Assembly (NCBI RefSeq): GCF_003018255.1
Contig: NZ_CP027440.1
DNA: 64,000 nt
DNA from: Escherichia coli
Lineage (GTDB): Bacteria > Pseudomonadota > Gammaproteobacteria > Enterobacterales > Enterobacteriaceae
Direction: 5' to 3' (one strand)
Position 1 is the first letter of the stretch, and every line of letters begins with the position of its first letter. Below, in pieces: positions 28,001 through 40,125 of this stretch. The notes under the pieces were generated by a model, which was not told where the DNA came from, did no database searches, and worked only from the letters and a program-made list of their open reading frames with translations. A program made the position numbers and the translations under genes.

Positions 28001-29555
28001 GCCGCACCACGATATCTACTCTATTGAGGATTTAGCGCAGCTGATTTTCGACCTCAAGCAGGTTAACCCGAAAGCGATGATCTCCGTGAAGCTGGTTTCC
28101 GAACCGGGCGTAGGCACCATCGCGACTGGCGTGGCAAAAGCTTATGCCGATTTAATCACCATCGCAGGCTATGACGGCGGCACCGGCGCAAGTCCGCTTT
28201 CATCGGTGAAATACGCAGGCTGTCCGTGGGAGCTGGGGCTTGTTGAAACCCAACAGGCGCTGGTTGCCAACGGCTTGCGTCACAAGATCCGTTTGCAGGT
28301 CGATGGCGGCCTGAAAACGGGTGTCGATATCATCAAAGCAGCGATTCTTGGCGCGGAAAGTTTTGGCTTCGGCACTGGCCCGATGGTAGCGCTTGGCTGT
28401 AAATATCTGCGAATTTGCCACCTGAACAACTGCGCCACGGGTGTAGCAACTCAGGATGACAAACTGCGTAAGAATCACTATCACGGCCTGCCGTTCAAAG
28501 TGACTAATTACTTTGAGTTTATCGCCCGTGAAACCCGCGAGCTGATGGCACAGCTGGGGGTAACGCGTCTGGTGGATCTGATTGGTCGCACCGACCTGCT
28601 GAAAGAGCTGGACGGTTTCACCGCCAAACAGCAGAAACTGGCACTGTCGAAGCTGCTGGAGACTGCTGAGCCGCATGCTGGTAAAGCGCTCTACTGCACC
28701 GAAAACAACCCGCCGTTTGATAACGGCCTGCTGAACGCGCAGTTGCTGCAACAGGCAAAACCGTTTGTCGATGAACGCCAGAGCAAAACCTTCTGGTTCG
28801 ATATCCGCAACACCGACCGTTCTGTCGGCGCATCGCTTTCAGGCTATATCGCCCAGACGCACGGCGATCAGGGGCTGGCTGCCGATCCTATCAAAGCGTA
28901 CTTCAACGGCACCGCAGGCCAGAGCTTCGGCGTGTGGAACGCGGGCGGCGTGGAACTGTACCTGACCGGTGATGCCAACGACTATGTCGGTAAAGGCATG
29001 GCGGGCGGCTTAATCGCCATTCGTCCTCCGGTTGGCTCAGCCTTCCGCAGCCATGAAGCGAGCATTATCGGCAACACCTGCCTGTATGGCGCGACCGGTG
29101 GTCGTCTGTATGCCGCAGGCCGCGCGGGTGAACGTTTCGGCGTGCGTAACTCCGGTGCTATCACCGTGGTAGAAGGCATTGGCGACAACGGCTGTGAATA
29201 TATGACGGGTGGTATCGTCTGTATTCTGGGTAAAACCGGCGTTAACTTCGGCGCAGGCATGACTGGCGGCTTCGCTTACGTTCTCGATGAAAGCGGCGAT
29301 TTCCGCAAACGCGTTAACCCGGAACTGGTCGAGGTCTTAAGCGTTGACGATCTGGCGATCCATGAAGAGCATCTGCGCGGTCTTATCACCGAGCATGTTC
29401 AGCATACCGGTTCTCAGCGCGGTGAAGAGATTCTGGCGAACTGGTCAACCTTCGCCACTAAATTTGCGCTGGTTAAACCGAAGTCCAGTGATGTAAAAGC
29501 ACTGCTGGGTCACCGTAGTCGTAGCGCAGCAGAGTTGCGCGTGCAGGCGCAGTAA
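25095..29555 (+). CDS. gltB: Glutamate synthase (NADPH) large subunit
   Basis: Start taken at MLYDKSLERDNCGFGLIAHIEGEP (ATG at 25095; N-terminal Cys-containing amidotransferase domain), about 1486 aa; the ORF track extends 36 codons further upstream (24987). Confidence 0.95.
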   Translation: MLYDKSLERDNCGFGLIAHIEGEPSHKVVRTAIHALARMQHRGAILADGKTGDGCGLLLQKPDRFFRIVAQERGWRLAKNYAVGMLFLNKDPELAAAARRIVEEELQRETLSIVGWRDVPTNEGVLGEIALSSLPRIEQIFVNAPAGWRPRDMERRLFIARRRIEKRLEADKDFYVCSLSNLVNIYKGLCMPADLPRFYLDLADLRLESAICLFHQRFSTNTVPRWPLAQPFRYLAHNGEINTITGNRQWARARTYKFQTPLIPDLHDAAPFVNETGSDSSSMDNMLELLLAGGMDIIRAMRLLVPPAWQNNPDMDPELRAFFDFNSMHMEPWDGPAGIVMSDGRFAACNLDRNGLRPARYVITKDKLITCASEVGIWDYQPDEVVEKGRVGPGELMVIDTRSGRILHSAETDDDLKSRHPYKEWMEKNVRRLVPFEDLPDEEVGSRELDDDTLASYQKQFNYSAEELDSVIRVLGENGQEAVGSMGDDTPFAVLSSQPRIIYDYFRQQFAQVTNPPIDPLREAHVMSLATSIGREMNVFCEAEGQAHRLSFKSPILLYSDFKQLTTMKEDHYRADTLDITFDVTKTTLEATVKELCDKAEKMVRSGTVLLVLSDRNIAKDRLPVPAPMAVGAIQTRLVEQSLRCDANIIVETASARDPHHFAVLLGFGATAIYPYLAYETLGRLVDTHAIAKDYRTVMLNYRNGINKGLYKIMSKMGISTIASYRCSKLFEAVGLHDDVVGLCFQGAVSRIGGASFEDFQQDLLNLSKRAWLARKPISQGGLLKYVHGGEYHAYNPDVVRTLQQAVQSGEYSDYQEYAKLVNERPATTLRDLLAITPGENAVNIADVEPASELFKRFDTAAMSIGALSPEAHEALAEAMNSIGGNSNSGEGGEDPARYGTNKVSRIKQVASGRFGVTPAYLVNADVIQIKVAQGAKPGEGGQLPGDKVTPYIAKLRYSVPGVTLISPPPHHDIYSIEDLAQLIFDLKQVNPKAMISVKLVSEPGVGTIATGVAKAYADLITIAGYDGGTGASPLSSVKYAGCPWELGLVETQQALVANGLRHKIRLQVDGGLKTGVDIIKAAILGAESFGFGTGPMVALGCKYLRICHLNNCATGVATQDDKLRKNHYHGLPFKVTNYFEFIARETRELMAQLGVTRLVDLIGRTDLLKELDGFTAKQQKLALSKLLETAEPHAGKALYCTENNPPFDNGLLNAQLLQQAKPFVDERQSKTFWFDIRNTDRSVGASLSGYIAQTHGDQGLAADPIKAYFNGTAGQSFGVWNAGGVELYLTGDANDYVGKGMAGGLIAIRPPVGSAFRSHEASIIGNTCLYGATGGRLYAAGRAGERFGVRNSGAITVVEGIGDNGCEYMTGGIVCILGKTGVNFGAGMTGGFAYVLDESGDFRKRVNPELVEVLSVDDLAIHEEHLRGLITEHVQHTGSQRGEEILANWSTFATKFALVKPKSSDVKALLGHRSRSAAELRVQAQ

Positions 29556-30986
<1,431 letters not shown>

Positions 30987-31168
30987 GCCTGTCCCAGCGC
31001 CGCCTCCTCAGAAAAGAGTCGGCGCTGAAATTCTCCTTTCTTTCTGGAAAGCGCCTCGCATAATCTGAAGAAAACCAATGTAATACGCTCATCTGGATTG
31101 TTACCGGTAGATGCCCGGCGTATAGCTGATTCCATTATTCAACGCAGCGCCATATAAAGGGACAGATA

Positions 31169-32296
31169 ATGGAATCGCTCTCAGAGAGAACCTCAACAGG
31201 CTACCAGCAAATCCACGACGGTATTATTCACCTGGTCGATAGCGCCCGGACGGAAACGGTACGTAGCGTTAACGCGCTGATGACCGCGACATACTGGGAA
31301 ATTGGCCGACGAATTGTCGAATTTGAACAAGGTGGCGAGGCCAGGGCTGCGTATGGTGCGCAGCTAATCAAGCGACTATCAAAGGATTTAAGTCTAAGGT
31401 ATAAGCGTGGGTTCTCTGCAAAAAACTTACGCCAAATGAGGCTTTTTTACCTCTTTTTTCAACATGTTGAAATTCGCCAGACAGTGTCTGGCGAATTAAC
31501 ACCATTGGGAATTCCGCAGACACCATCTGCAGAATTCCCATCGGCAAAGATTTGGCAGACGCTGTCTGCCAAATCTTTCCCCCTGCCCTGGTCCACCTAC
31601 GTCCGTTTACTTTCCGTTAAAAACCCTGATGCCCGCAGCTTTTATGAAAAAGAGACGCTCCGCTGTGGTTGGTCTGTCCGCCAGCTAGAGCGGCAAATTA
31701 CGACCCAATTTTATGAGCGAACACTACTGTCACATGACAAATCAGCCATGCTGCAACAACACGCTCCTGCCGAGATGCATATTCTTCCGCAACAGGCGAT
31801 ACGCGATCCCTTTGTGCTCGAATTTCTGGAGTTGAAAGATGAATACTCAGAATCTGATTTTGAGGAGGCGCTGATCAACCACCTGATGGATTTCATGCTG
31901 GAACTTGGGGATGATTTTGCCTTTGTTGGTCGGCAGCGAAGGTTACGCATTGATGACAACTGGTTTCGGGTCGATCTGCTGTTTTTCCACCGCCGTTTAC
32001 GCTGCCTGCTAATCGTCGATCTAAAAGTGGGCAAATTCAGCTATAGCGATGCCGGACAGATGAATATGTATCTCAACTACGCCAAAGAGCACTGGACACT
32101 ACCGGATGAAAATCCGCCCATCGGTCTGGTTCTCTGTGCAGAGAAAGGAGCCGGCGAAGCGCATTATGCACTGGCTGGTTTGCCTAACACCGTTCTGGCG
32201 AGTGAATATAAGATGCAACTACCTGATGAAAAACGACTCGCGGATGAACTCGTTCGAACACAGGCGGTGTTAGAGGAAGGCTATAGACGCCGTTAA
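31169..32296 (+). CDS. yhcG: DUF1016 (YhcG-like) protein with predicted C-terminal PD-(D/E)XK nuclease fold
   Basis: 375 aa, MESLSERTSTGYQQIHDGIIHLVDSARTE...; sits directly after gltD with only a 182-bp spacer. Confidence 0.85.
   Translation: MESLSERTSTGYQQIHDGIIHLVDSARTETVRSVNALMTATYWEIGRRIVEFEQGGEARAAYGAQLIKRLSKDLSLRYKRGFSAKNLRQMRLFYLFFQHVEIRQTVSGELTPLGIPQTPSAEFPSAKIWQTLSAKSFPLPWSTYVRLLSVKNPDARSFYEKETLRCGWSVRQLERQITTQFYERTLLSHDKSAMLQQHAPAEMHILPQQAIRDPFVLEFLELKDEYSESDFEEALINHLMDFMLELGDDFAFVGRQRRLRIDDNWFRVDLLFFHRRLRCLLIVDLKVGKFSYSDAGQMNMYLNYAKEHWTLPDENPPIGLVLCAEKGAGEAHYALAGLPNTVLASEYKMQLPDEKRLADELVRTQAVLEEGYRRR
31471..31578. repeat. Three consecutive palindromes with CAGACA/TGTCTG cores inside the yhcG coding sequence
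   Basis: 31471-31497 AATTCGCCAGACA-G-TGTCTGGCGAATT (13-bp arms, perfect); 31509-31539 GGAATTCCGCAGAC-ACC-ATCTGCAGAATTCC (imperfect); 31546-31578 AAAGATTTGGCAGAC-GCT-GTCTGCCAAATCTTT (15-bp arms, perfect). Read directly from the sequence. Confidence 0.85.
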
Positions 32297-32311
32297 TTTC
32301 AGCGGTTTCGA

Positions 32312-32336
32312 ATTCTCCAGACACTGTCTGGAGAAT
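32312..32336. repeat. Fourth copy of the same palindrome family, 16 bp after the yhcG stop, between convergent yhcG and yhcH
   Basis: ATTCTCCAGACA-C-TGTCTGGAGAAT, a perfect 12-bp-arm palindrome closely similar to the copy at 31471-31497; no flanking T-run, so not a classical intrinsic terminator. Confidence 0.85.
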
Positions 32337-32355
32337 CTTTAAAACGAACTAAGTT

Positions 32356-33688
<1,333 letters not shown>

Positions 33689-33692
<4 letters not shown>

Positions 33693-34378
33693 AGCACCGC
33701 CTTTTTCATCGCTGTGTTGTACCACTGACAAATGTGTTCAAGACGCGTAATGGCAGAACCGACCGTCACCGCCCACGCGCCGTGGCGCATCGCATCTGCC
33801 GCCTGAGCAGGCGTGTTGTAACGCCCTTCGGCAATCACCCGACATCCGGCGTCGCTCAACGTTTTCACCAGCGCCAGATCCGGCTCTTCTGGCGTTTCAG
33901 GCGTGGTATAGCCAGAAAGCGTAGTGCCAATAATTTCGGCTCCCAGCTTTTGGCATGCCAGGCCGTCTTCCGGCGTTGAGCAGTCGGTCATCGCCAGTAA
34001 ACCGTGATGGTGAATACGTGCCAGCAGCGTTTCAACAGGCACCGGACGCGGTCGGTCGGTGCCGTCAATGGCGATAATGTCCGCGCCCGCCTGCGCCAGC
34101 GCATCAACATCTTCAATATAGGCCGTGATGCGTACCGGAGAATCCTCCAGATCGCGTTTCACAATCCCGATAATTGGCACGCTCACCACCGCACGCGTGG
34201 CTTGCAGATTTGCCACACCTTCAATGCGAATGGCAACCGCGCCCGCCTGTTCTGCCGCTAATGCCATGGCGGCGACGATTTCGGGTTTATCGAGCGGGCT
34301 GTCCGGAACCGGCTGGCAGGAGACAATCAGGCCACCGTTAGCAGCGATTTTTTGATCCAGTTGTGCAAGTAACGACAT
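33689..34378 (-). CDS. nanE: N-acetylmannosamine-6-phosphate 2-epimerase
   Basis: True start [23 protein letters not shown] (ATG confirmed at 34376-34378 on the minus strand), 229 aa. Confidence 0.93.
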
Positions 34379-34425
34379 ACATCTTCCCTTAGCGAAAGGC
34401 CCGGTACAGAGACCGGGCAACAGGA

Positions 34426-35916
34426 TTAACTTTTGGTTTTGACTAAATCGTTTTTGGCGCGGCCAAATGGCACGGCACCGCTAAATGGTTTGCCGTCGAT
34501 AGCGTCATGAGTACGCAATGCTTCCGGGCGCAGCCAACGCTGAACGCGGGAAGGCATATCCAGACCAATCAGCAGGATCACCACAAATGTCAGACTGAAC
34601 GAGAGCGATGCCAGCGCAGTACCCAGATCCAGACGTTGAGCGATCAACGCGCCGATGATTGGGGCCAGTGCACCGCCCAATGCGCCGACGTTGTAGGTAA
34701 AGCCCAGGCCCGCTGCACGCTGGTCGGTATCGAAATAACCGCCAATCAGTTTCGGTAAGATCCCGGCGATCCCTTGTCCAAGCATTTGCTGGAAGAACAG
34801 TAACAGACCGAGCACCCAGACGTTTGCGCCGCCAATCGCAAATACCGGAATAATCAGCAGCTGCGAGGCCAGCAGACTACAAACGTACGCTTTGCGGGTT
34901 CCCAGCCAGTCACCGAGGAAGCCACCGACGCAGCACCCCACCGCCGCGCCAAAGCCACTAAAGAACAGCACATTGGCGACAGTATGCGGGTCATAAGCCA
35001 GATCGGTTTTCAGATACGTTGGCAGCAGCGCCTGAATCGGCCATGAGTAGAGGAAAGCAAACAACACGACCACCATCAGCATTACGCCCGTTGGCCAGCG
35101 TTTGCCCGTACTCTGCACCATAAAGCTGATAAAGATTGCGGCGCATAACAGCCCGAGTACAGCGACGATTGCGGCATTTTGCAGGTTACCGGCGAAGCAG
35201 AACCACAGCGCAGTAGCCGCCGCCAGCGTCATTACGATATTGGCAATGCGATGTTCACCACGGTAAAGAATGTCTACCATCGTGCGTACTGGTGCTTTAC
35301 CCCCGTGTTTCTCTTTCCAGTCTTCCGCTTCCGGGATGTTTTTACGCAGCCAGAGAGCAAAGATGATTGGCAAAATGCCGATAAAGAACAGCGCTCTCCA
35401 GCCCCAGACCGGAACCACCAGACTATAGACCTGAGCGGCAACGACGGCCCCCACAGAGAAGCCTGAAATCAAAAAACCACTGGCTTTGTTACGCAGATGT
35501 TTTGGCCAGCTTTCAATGACATAGGTGGCGCTGGAACCGTATTCACCCGCCATCCCCATGCCGATGACCAGACGCGCGATAAACATGGTGATGTAGCCTG
35601 GCGCAAAGCCGCAGGCCAGCGTCCCGGCCGAGAAGAGAACGATGCTGGTGACCATTGCCAGACGACGCCCGTAGCGGTCACCCATAGCGCCGAGCATCAG
35701 GCCGCCGAACCAGCGAGAGATAAAGGCTGCGGAGATCAGACTTGCCGCCTGCACCGTCGTCAGCCCGAATTCACCCTGTACTTCGGTGAGTACCAGGGCG
35801 ATTAAAACGAAATCAAAACCGTCAAGCAGATATCCCAACCAGGCAGCGGAAAATGCGCGCCATTGTGCACGGTTGAGATGGCGATACCACGGGATATTCT
35901 GGGTTGTAGTACTCAT
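34426..35916 (-). CDS. nanT: Sialic acid transporter (MFS)
   Basis: True start [22 protein letters not shown] (ATG confirmed at 35914-35916 on the minus strand), 496 aa, multi-pass membrane protein. Confidence 0.93.
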
Positions 35917-35985
35917 TGTGAGTCTCCCGCGGTGGGCGATGCCCACACGCTTTGGTATGAAAATTGTAGGGTACAGATGCGTTTA

Positions 35986-36018
35986 TTTCCCCTCACCCGG
36001 TAGGGGCGAGCGAGGGGA
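35986..36018. repeat. GC-rich imperfect palindromic repeat in the nanA-nanT intergenic region
   Basis: TTCCCCTCACCCGGTAGGGGCGAGCGAGGGGAAAA; shares TTCCCCTCACCC and GAGCGAGGGGA with the element at 53836-53870. Confidence 0.7.
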
Positions 36019-36025
36019 AAACAAC

Positions 36026-36919
36026 TCACCCGCGCTCTTGCATCAACTGCTGGGCCAGCGCCTTCAGTTCTGGCAGATATTTTTCATCTACCGGTCCAAA
36101 CGGTTTGCGGCACAGCGGCACAGAAACGACATCCATATAATGCAGGACAGTTTTCAGGCCGCGGAATACGCCCGTTTTGATCAGTAAATCAATGACTTTG
36201 TTGCACTCAGTTTGCAGTTTCTGCGCGGTCTGGATATCGCCTTCTTTCAGCGCCTTCACGATCCCCTGATATCGCCAGCCCATGATGTTGTAAGTACTGC
36301 CGATACCACCATCAGCGCCTGCCAGCAAGCCGGAAGCGAAGATTTCGTCGTAACCGTTATAGAGCACCAGATCAGGATGTTCACGACGGATCTGTTCCAT
36401 CTGATAGAGATCGCCAGAAGTCTGTTTCAGCGCACCGACGCCAGGCAACGTAACCAGGGTGTTGATCTGATCCAGGGTCAGTTTTACCCCACTCAGGGCT
36501 GGAATGTTGTACACCACCATCGGCAAACCATCCGCCGAATCAATAATTGCCCGATAGTGATCGCAGTGTTCTTCAAAGCTGAAAGGATAGTAGAACGGCG
36601 TGACGGCGGAGACGGCATCGAAGCCATAACGTTTAGCCGATGCCGCAAGTTGTTGGCTTTCGGCGGTGCTGACGCAACCGACGTGGGCGATGAGTTTAAT
36701 CTTACCTTTCGCCTCTTCAGCGACGATTTCCAGTACCTGTTCACGCTCGGAAAGGCTTTGTACAAAGGCTTCGCCGGTAGAACCACCCACGTATAAACCG
36801 TCGATGCCCTGCTGAATATTGAACTGAACCAGGCGACGCAGACTCGCTTTATCCAGTGCTTGTTGTTGATCAAAAGGAGTCAGGAGTGCGGCCATTACGC
36901 CACGTAAATTCGTTGCCAT
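36026..36919 (-). CDS. nanA: N-acetylneuraminate lyase
   Basis: 297 aa, [50 protein letters not shown]... Confidence 0.97.
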
Positions 36920-36954
36920 AAATACCTCTGAAGTGATGCTTATCTGATAAACGA

Positions 36955-36978
36955 TATACCTTTATACCTGTTATACCA
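36955..36978 (-). promoter_or_regulatory. NanR operator: three GGTATA hexamers at 9-bp spacing in the nanA promoter
   Basis: Plus strand shows TATACC at 36955, 36964 and 36973 (GGTATA on the nanA coding strand), 36-59 bp upstream of the nanA ATG; matches the known NanR recognition repeat. Confidence 0.75.
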
Positions 36979-37040
36979 GATCAATTAAGCAACACCCCAT
37001 ACAGAAAGCTTATAATGCGATCTGCTTCACTAAAGTGGCA

Positions 37041-37832
37041 TTATTTCTTTTTGTTGGTGGTCTGACCGAAGGCGTGCCAGGTAGCAGAGACGCTGTTGAG
37101 ATGCGATTGCAACGCACGATCGGCTTCATCGGGATCGTGGCGGCGGATCGCGTCAACGATCGCAATATGCTGTTGATAGCTAACGTTGTTATGCTCGTGC
37201 AGAGCCTGATCAGCCACGGTTGGACGTGCGGCGATCAGCCAGTCGAGCAAGGCAACGTGGATCGCCATGAAGATTGGGTTACCGGGGATCTCCGCCAGCA
37301 CGCGGTGGAAATCAACGTCTGAACGAATGAATGCCGCGTTGTTATCCAGCGACTGACTGTTGATTTCCAGTGCTTTTGCCAGCAAATCGATTTGCTCATC
37401 GGTGGCGTGTTCAGCCGCATAGCGCACCAGGCTGGATTCAAAGAACAGACGTAATTGTTCGAAATGGGCAATCCCGCCAGGATGAGAAAGGAAATCTTTC
37501 GCCATGCCGGAAAGCTCGCCGATGATGGTGTCCGCAGAAGGACGTGAGACGCGAGCGCGTTCGCCGTTGTTTATCTGCACCAGACCTTTGCGTTTTAACG
37601 CTGCCAGCGCTTCGCGCACCGAAGGACGCCCGACGTTAAAGAACGCCATCAGTTCGCGTTCAGACGGTAATTGTTCACCTTCGCCAAATTCACGACGGCG
37701 GATCATCTGTTCCAGCTCTTCTTCCACCATTTCGGAGAGTTTTTTACGCGCCAGCGGGCGGCTGCGTAAGTTGCGGCCAATTGCAGGTGAAGAATCTTCG
37801 GTTTGCGAATCAAATGCGTTCATAAGGCCCAT
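37041..37832 (-). CDS. nanR: GntR/FadR-family transcriptional repressor of the nan operon
   Basis: 263 aa, [76 protein letters not shown]... Confidence 0.93.
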   Translation of the reverse strand: MGLMNAFDSQTEDSSPAIGRNLRSRPLARKKLSEMVEEELEQMIRRREFGEGEQLPSERELMAFFNVGRPSVREALAALKRKGLVQINNGERARVSRPSADTIIGELSGMAKDFLSHPGGIAHFEQLRLFFESSLVRYAAEHATDEQIDLLAKALEINSQSLDNNAAFIRSDVDFHRVLAEIPGNPIFMAIHVALLDWLIAARPTVADQALHEHNNVSYQQHIAIVDAIRRHDPDEADRALQSHLNSVSATWHAFGQTTNKKK

Positions 37833-38211
37833 TCTGTAAGGTCAGTGTGATTAACATCATCAGTGACATCCTATCACAGGATTGAAAGTAGGGGGAAATG
37901 GCGGGGTTTTCTCTTTGTGCCTCATCATTACTATAATTAACTGAATAATTAACTATTGCGAAAAATTAATGTAACGCAGATAAAAACATCCCGATTGAAT
38001 TATTCATAAGACTATTAACAAGTATTATGAATATTATGAATGTGTTCTTACAAAATAATCATAAGCGCATATTTTTTAATGAAAAATCACCTCATCTACA
38101 ATTAAAAACACGACATCCGCACCATAAATAGCCTTGCAAAAAATATAACATCATTGTTTTCAATCTGCCGTTTATGGGATTGACCATTTTCTTTTGACAC
38201 GGAGTTCAACA

Positions 38212-39579
38212 ATGTTCGGCATAATTATATCTGTCATCGTATTAATTACGATGGGCTATTTGATCCTGAAAAACTACAAACCTCAGGTGGTGCTGGCTGC
38301 CGCAGGTATCTTCCTGATGATGTGCGGTGTCTGGTTAGGGTTCGGTGGTGTGCTCGATCCCGCCAAAAGCAGCGGCTACTTGATCGTCGATATTTATAAT
38401 GAAATCCTGCGCATGCTGTCCAACCGCATTGCTGGATTGGGGCTGTCGATTATGGCAGTGGGCGGTTATGCCCGCTATATGGAGCGCATAGGGGCAAGTC
38501 GCGCGATGGTGAGCTTGTTAAGCCGCCCGTTAAAACTCATTCGCTCGCCGTATATTATTCTGTCGGCAACTTACGTCATCGGCCAAATCATGGCGCAGTT
38601 TATTACCAGCGCCTCCGGTCTGGGTATGTTGCTGATGGTCACCTTATTTCCGACGCTGGTGAGTCTGGGAGTAAGTCGTCTCTCTGCGGTGGCGGTTATC
38701 GCAACCACCATGTCCATTGAGTGGGGGATTCTGGAAACGAACTCCATTTTTGCTGCCCAGGTCGCAGGAATGAAAATTGCCACTTACTTCTTCCACTACC
38801 AGCTTCCGGTCGCCTCTTGCATCATTATCTCGGTGGCGATCTCCCACTTTTTCGTGCAATGCGCTTTCGACAAAAAAGATAAAAATATCAATCACGAACA
38901 GGCAGAGCAAAAAGCTCTCGATAATGTCCCGCCGCTCTATTACGCCATTTTACCGGTGATGCCGTTAATCCTGATGCTCGGCTCGCTGTTCCTTGCCCAC
39001 GTCGGGCTGATGCAGTCAGAACTGCATCTGGTGGTGGTGATGTTACTGAGTTTGACGGTGACGCTGTTTGTTGAGTTCTTCCGCAAGCATAACTTGCGCG
39101 AAACAATGGACGATGTGCAGGCGTTTTTTGACGGCATGGGTACGCAGTTTGCCAACGTGGTAACGCTGGTGGTCGCGGGTGAAATATTTGCGAAAGGCTT
39201 AACGACGATTGGCACTGTCGATGCGGTTATCAGGGGGGCGGAGCATTCTGGTCTGGGCGGTATTGGCGTGATGATTATTATGGCGCTGGTCATTGCCATT
39301 GGTGCCATTGTGATGGGCTCAGGCAATGCGCCGTTTATGTCATTTGCCAGTCTTATTCCGAATATCGCAGCCGGACTACATGTACCAGCGGTTGTAATGA
39401 TTATGCCGATGCATTTTGCCACGACGCTAGCGCGCGCTGTTTCGCCGATTACTGCGGTGGTGGTCGTTACGTCAGGAATTGCAGGCGTTTCGCCTTTTGC
39501 GGTAGTGAAGCGGACAGCGATCCCCATGGCAGTCGGTTTCGTGGTGAATATGATTGCCACTATCACGCTATTTTATTAA
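38212..39579 (+). CDS. dcuD: C4-dicarboxylate transporter DcuC-family protein DcuD
   Basis: True start [20 protein letters not shown] (ATG at 38212), 455 aa, multi-pass membrane protein. Confidence 0.9.
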   Translation: MFGIIISVIVLITMGYLILKNYKPQVVLAAAGIFLMMCGVWLGFGGVLDPAKSSGYLIVDIYNEILRMLSNRIAGLGLSIMAVGGYARYMERIGASRAMVSLLSRPLKLIRSPYIILSATYVIGQIMAQFITSASGLGMLLMVTLFPTLVSLGVSRLSAVAVIATTMSIEWGILETNSIFAAQVAGMKIATYFFHYQLPVASCIIISVAISHFFVQCAFDKKDKNINHEQAEQKALDNVPPLYYAILPVMPLILMLGSLFLAHVGLMQSELHLVVVMLLSLTVTLFVEFFRKHNLRETMDDVQAFFDGMGTQFANVVTLVVAGEIFAKGLTTIGTVDAVIRGAEHSGLGGIGVMIIMALVIAIGAIVMGSGNAPFMSFASLIPNIAAGLHVPAVVMIMPMHFATTLARAVSPITAVVVVTSGIAGVSPFAVVKRTAIPMAVGFVVNMIATITLFY

Positions 39580-39594
39580 GCGATTAAAAAGACA

Positions 39595-39619
39595 AAACAG
39601 GCCGCCAGGGCCTGTTTTC
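39595..39619. terminator. Bidirectional intrinsic terminator between convergent dcuD and sspB
   Basis: AAAACAGGCCGCCAGGGCCTGTTTT: GC stem flanked by an A-run and a T-run. Confidence 0.7.
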
Positions 39620-39622
39620 ATT

Positions 39623-40120
39623 TTACTTCACAACGCGTAATGCCGGTCGACCACCGCGTGGTGGCTGCGGAGGTTCATCGTCAGGATGAGTGTCATCATC
39701 GTGATCTGGCTTGTCGCCATCAATAACCGACATAACGGTTTCGTTGTCTGCCGATGCCTCTTCATCATTCATGATGCTGGCATCTTCATCGTAGGCAGCT
39801 TCAGGTTCAAACATCGTGCCTGCGCCATTTTCACGGGCGTAGATAGCCAGCACGGCAGCCAGCGGCACAGAAACCTGACGCGGAATGCCACCAAAGCGCG
39901 CGTTAAAGCGCACCTCATCATTCGCCAGTTCCAGATTGCCGACAGCTCGCGGCGCAATGTTGAGTACGATTTGCCCGTCACGCGCATATTCCATAGGAAC
40001 CTGCACGCCAGGGAGCGTCACATCCACCACCAGGTGCGGCGTGAGCTGGTTATCCAGCAACCACTCATAGAATGCACGCAGCAGATAGGGACGACGTGGT
40101 GTTAGCTGTGACAAATCCAT
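39623..40120 (-). CDS. sspB: Stringent starvation protein B (ClpXP adaptor)
   Basis: 165 aa, MDLSQLTPRRPYLLRAFYEWLLDNQLTPHLVVDV...; acidic C-terminal tail ending RGGRPALRVVK. Confidence 0.95.
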   Translation of the reverse strand: MDLSQLTPRRPYLLRAFYEWLLDNQLTPHLVVDVTLPGVQVPMEYARDGQIVLNIAPRAVGNLELANDEVRFNARFGGIPRQVSVPLAAVLAIYARENGAGTMFEPEAAYDEDASIMNDEEASADNETVMSVIDGDKPDHDDDTHPDDEPPQPPRGGRPALRVVK

Positions 40121-40125
40121 ACAGA

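Noticed and set aside
31471-31578. Whether the yhcG palindromes, which carry EcoRI (GAATTC) and PstI (CTGCAG) sites, are a cloning or engineering scar, or a CRISPR-like array.
   Set aside because: They preserve the yhcG reading frame, a related copy sits outside the gene, and they lack the regular repeat-spacer periodicity of CRISPR. A native repeat family is more plausible, although vector contamination could be excluded formally by a vector-sequence screen.
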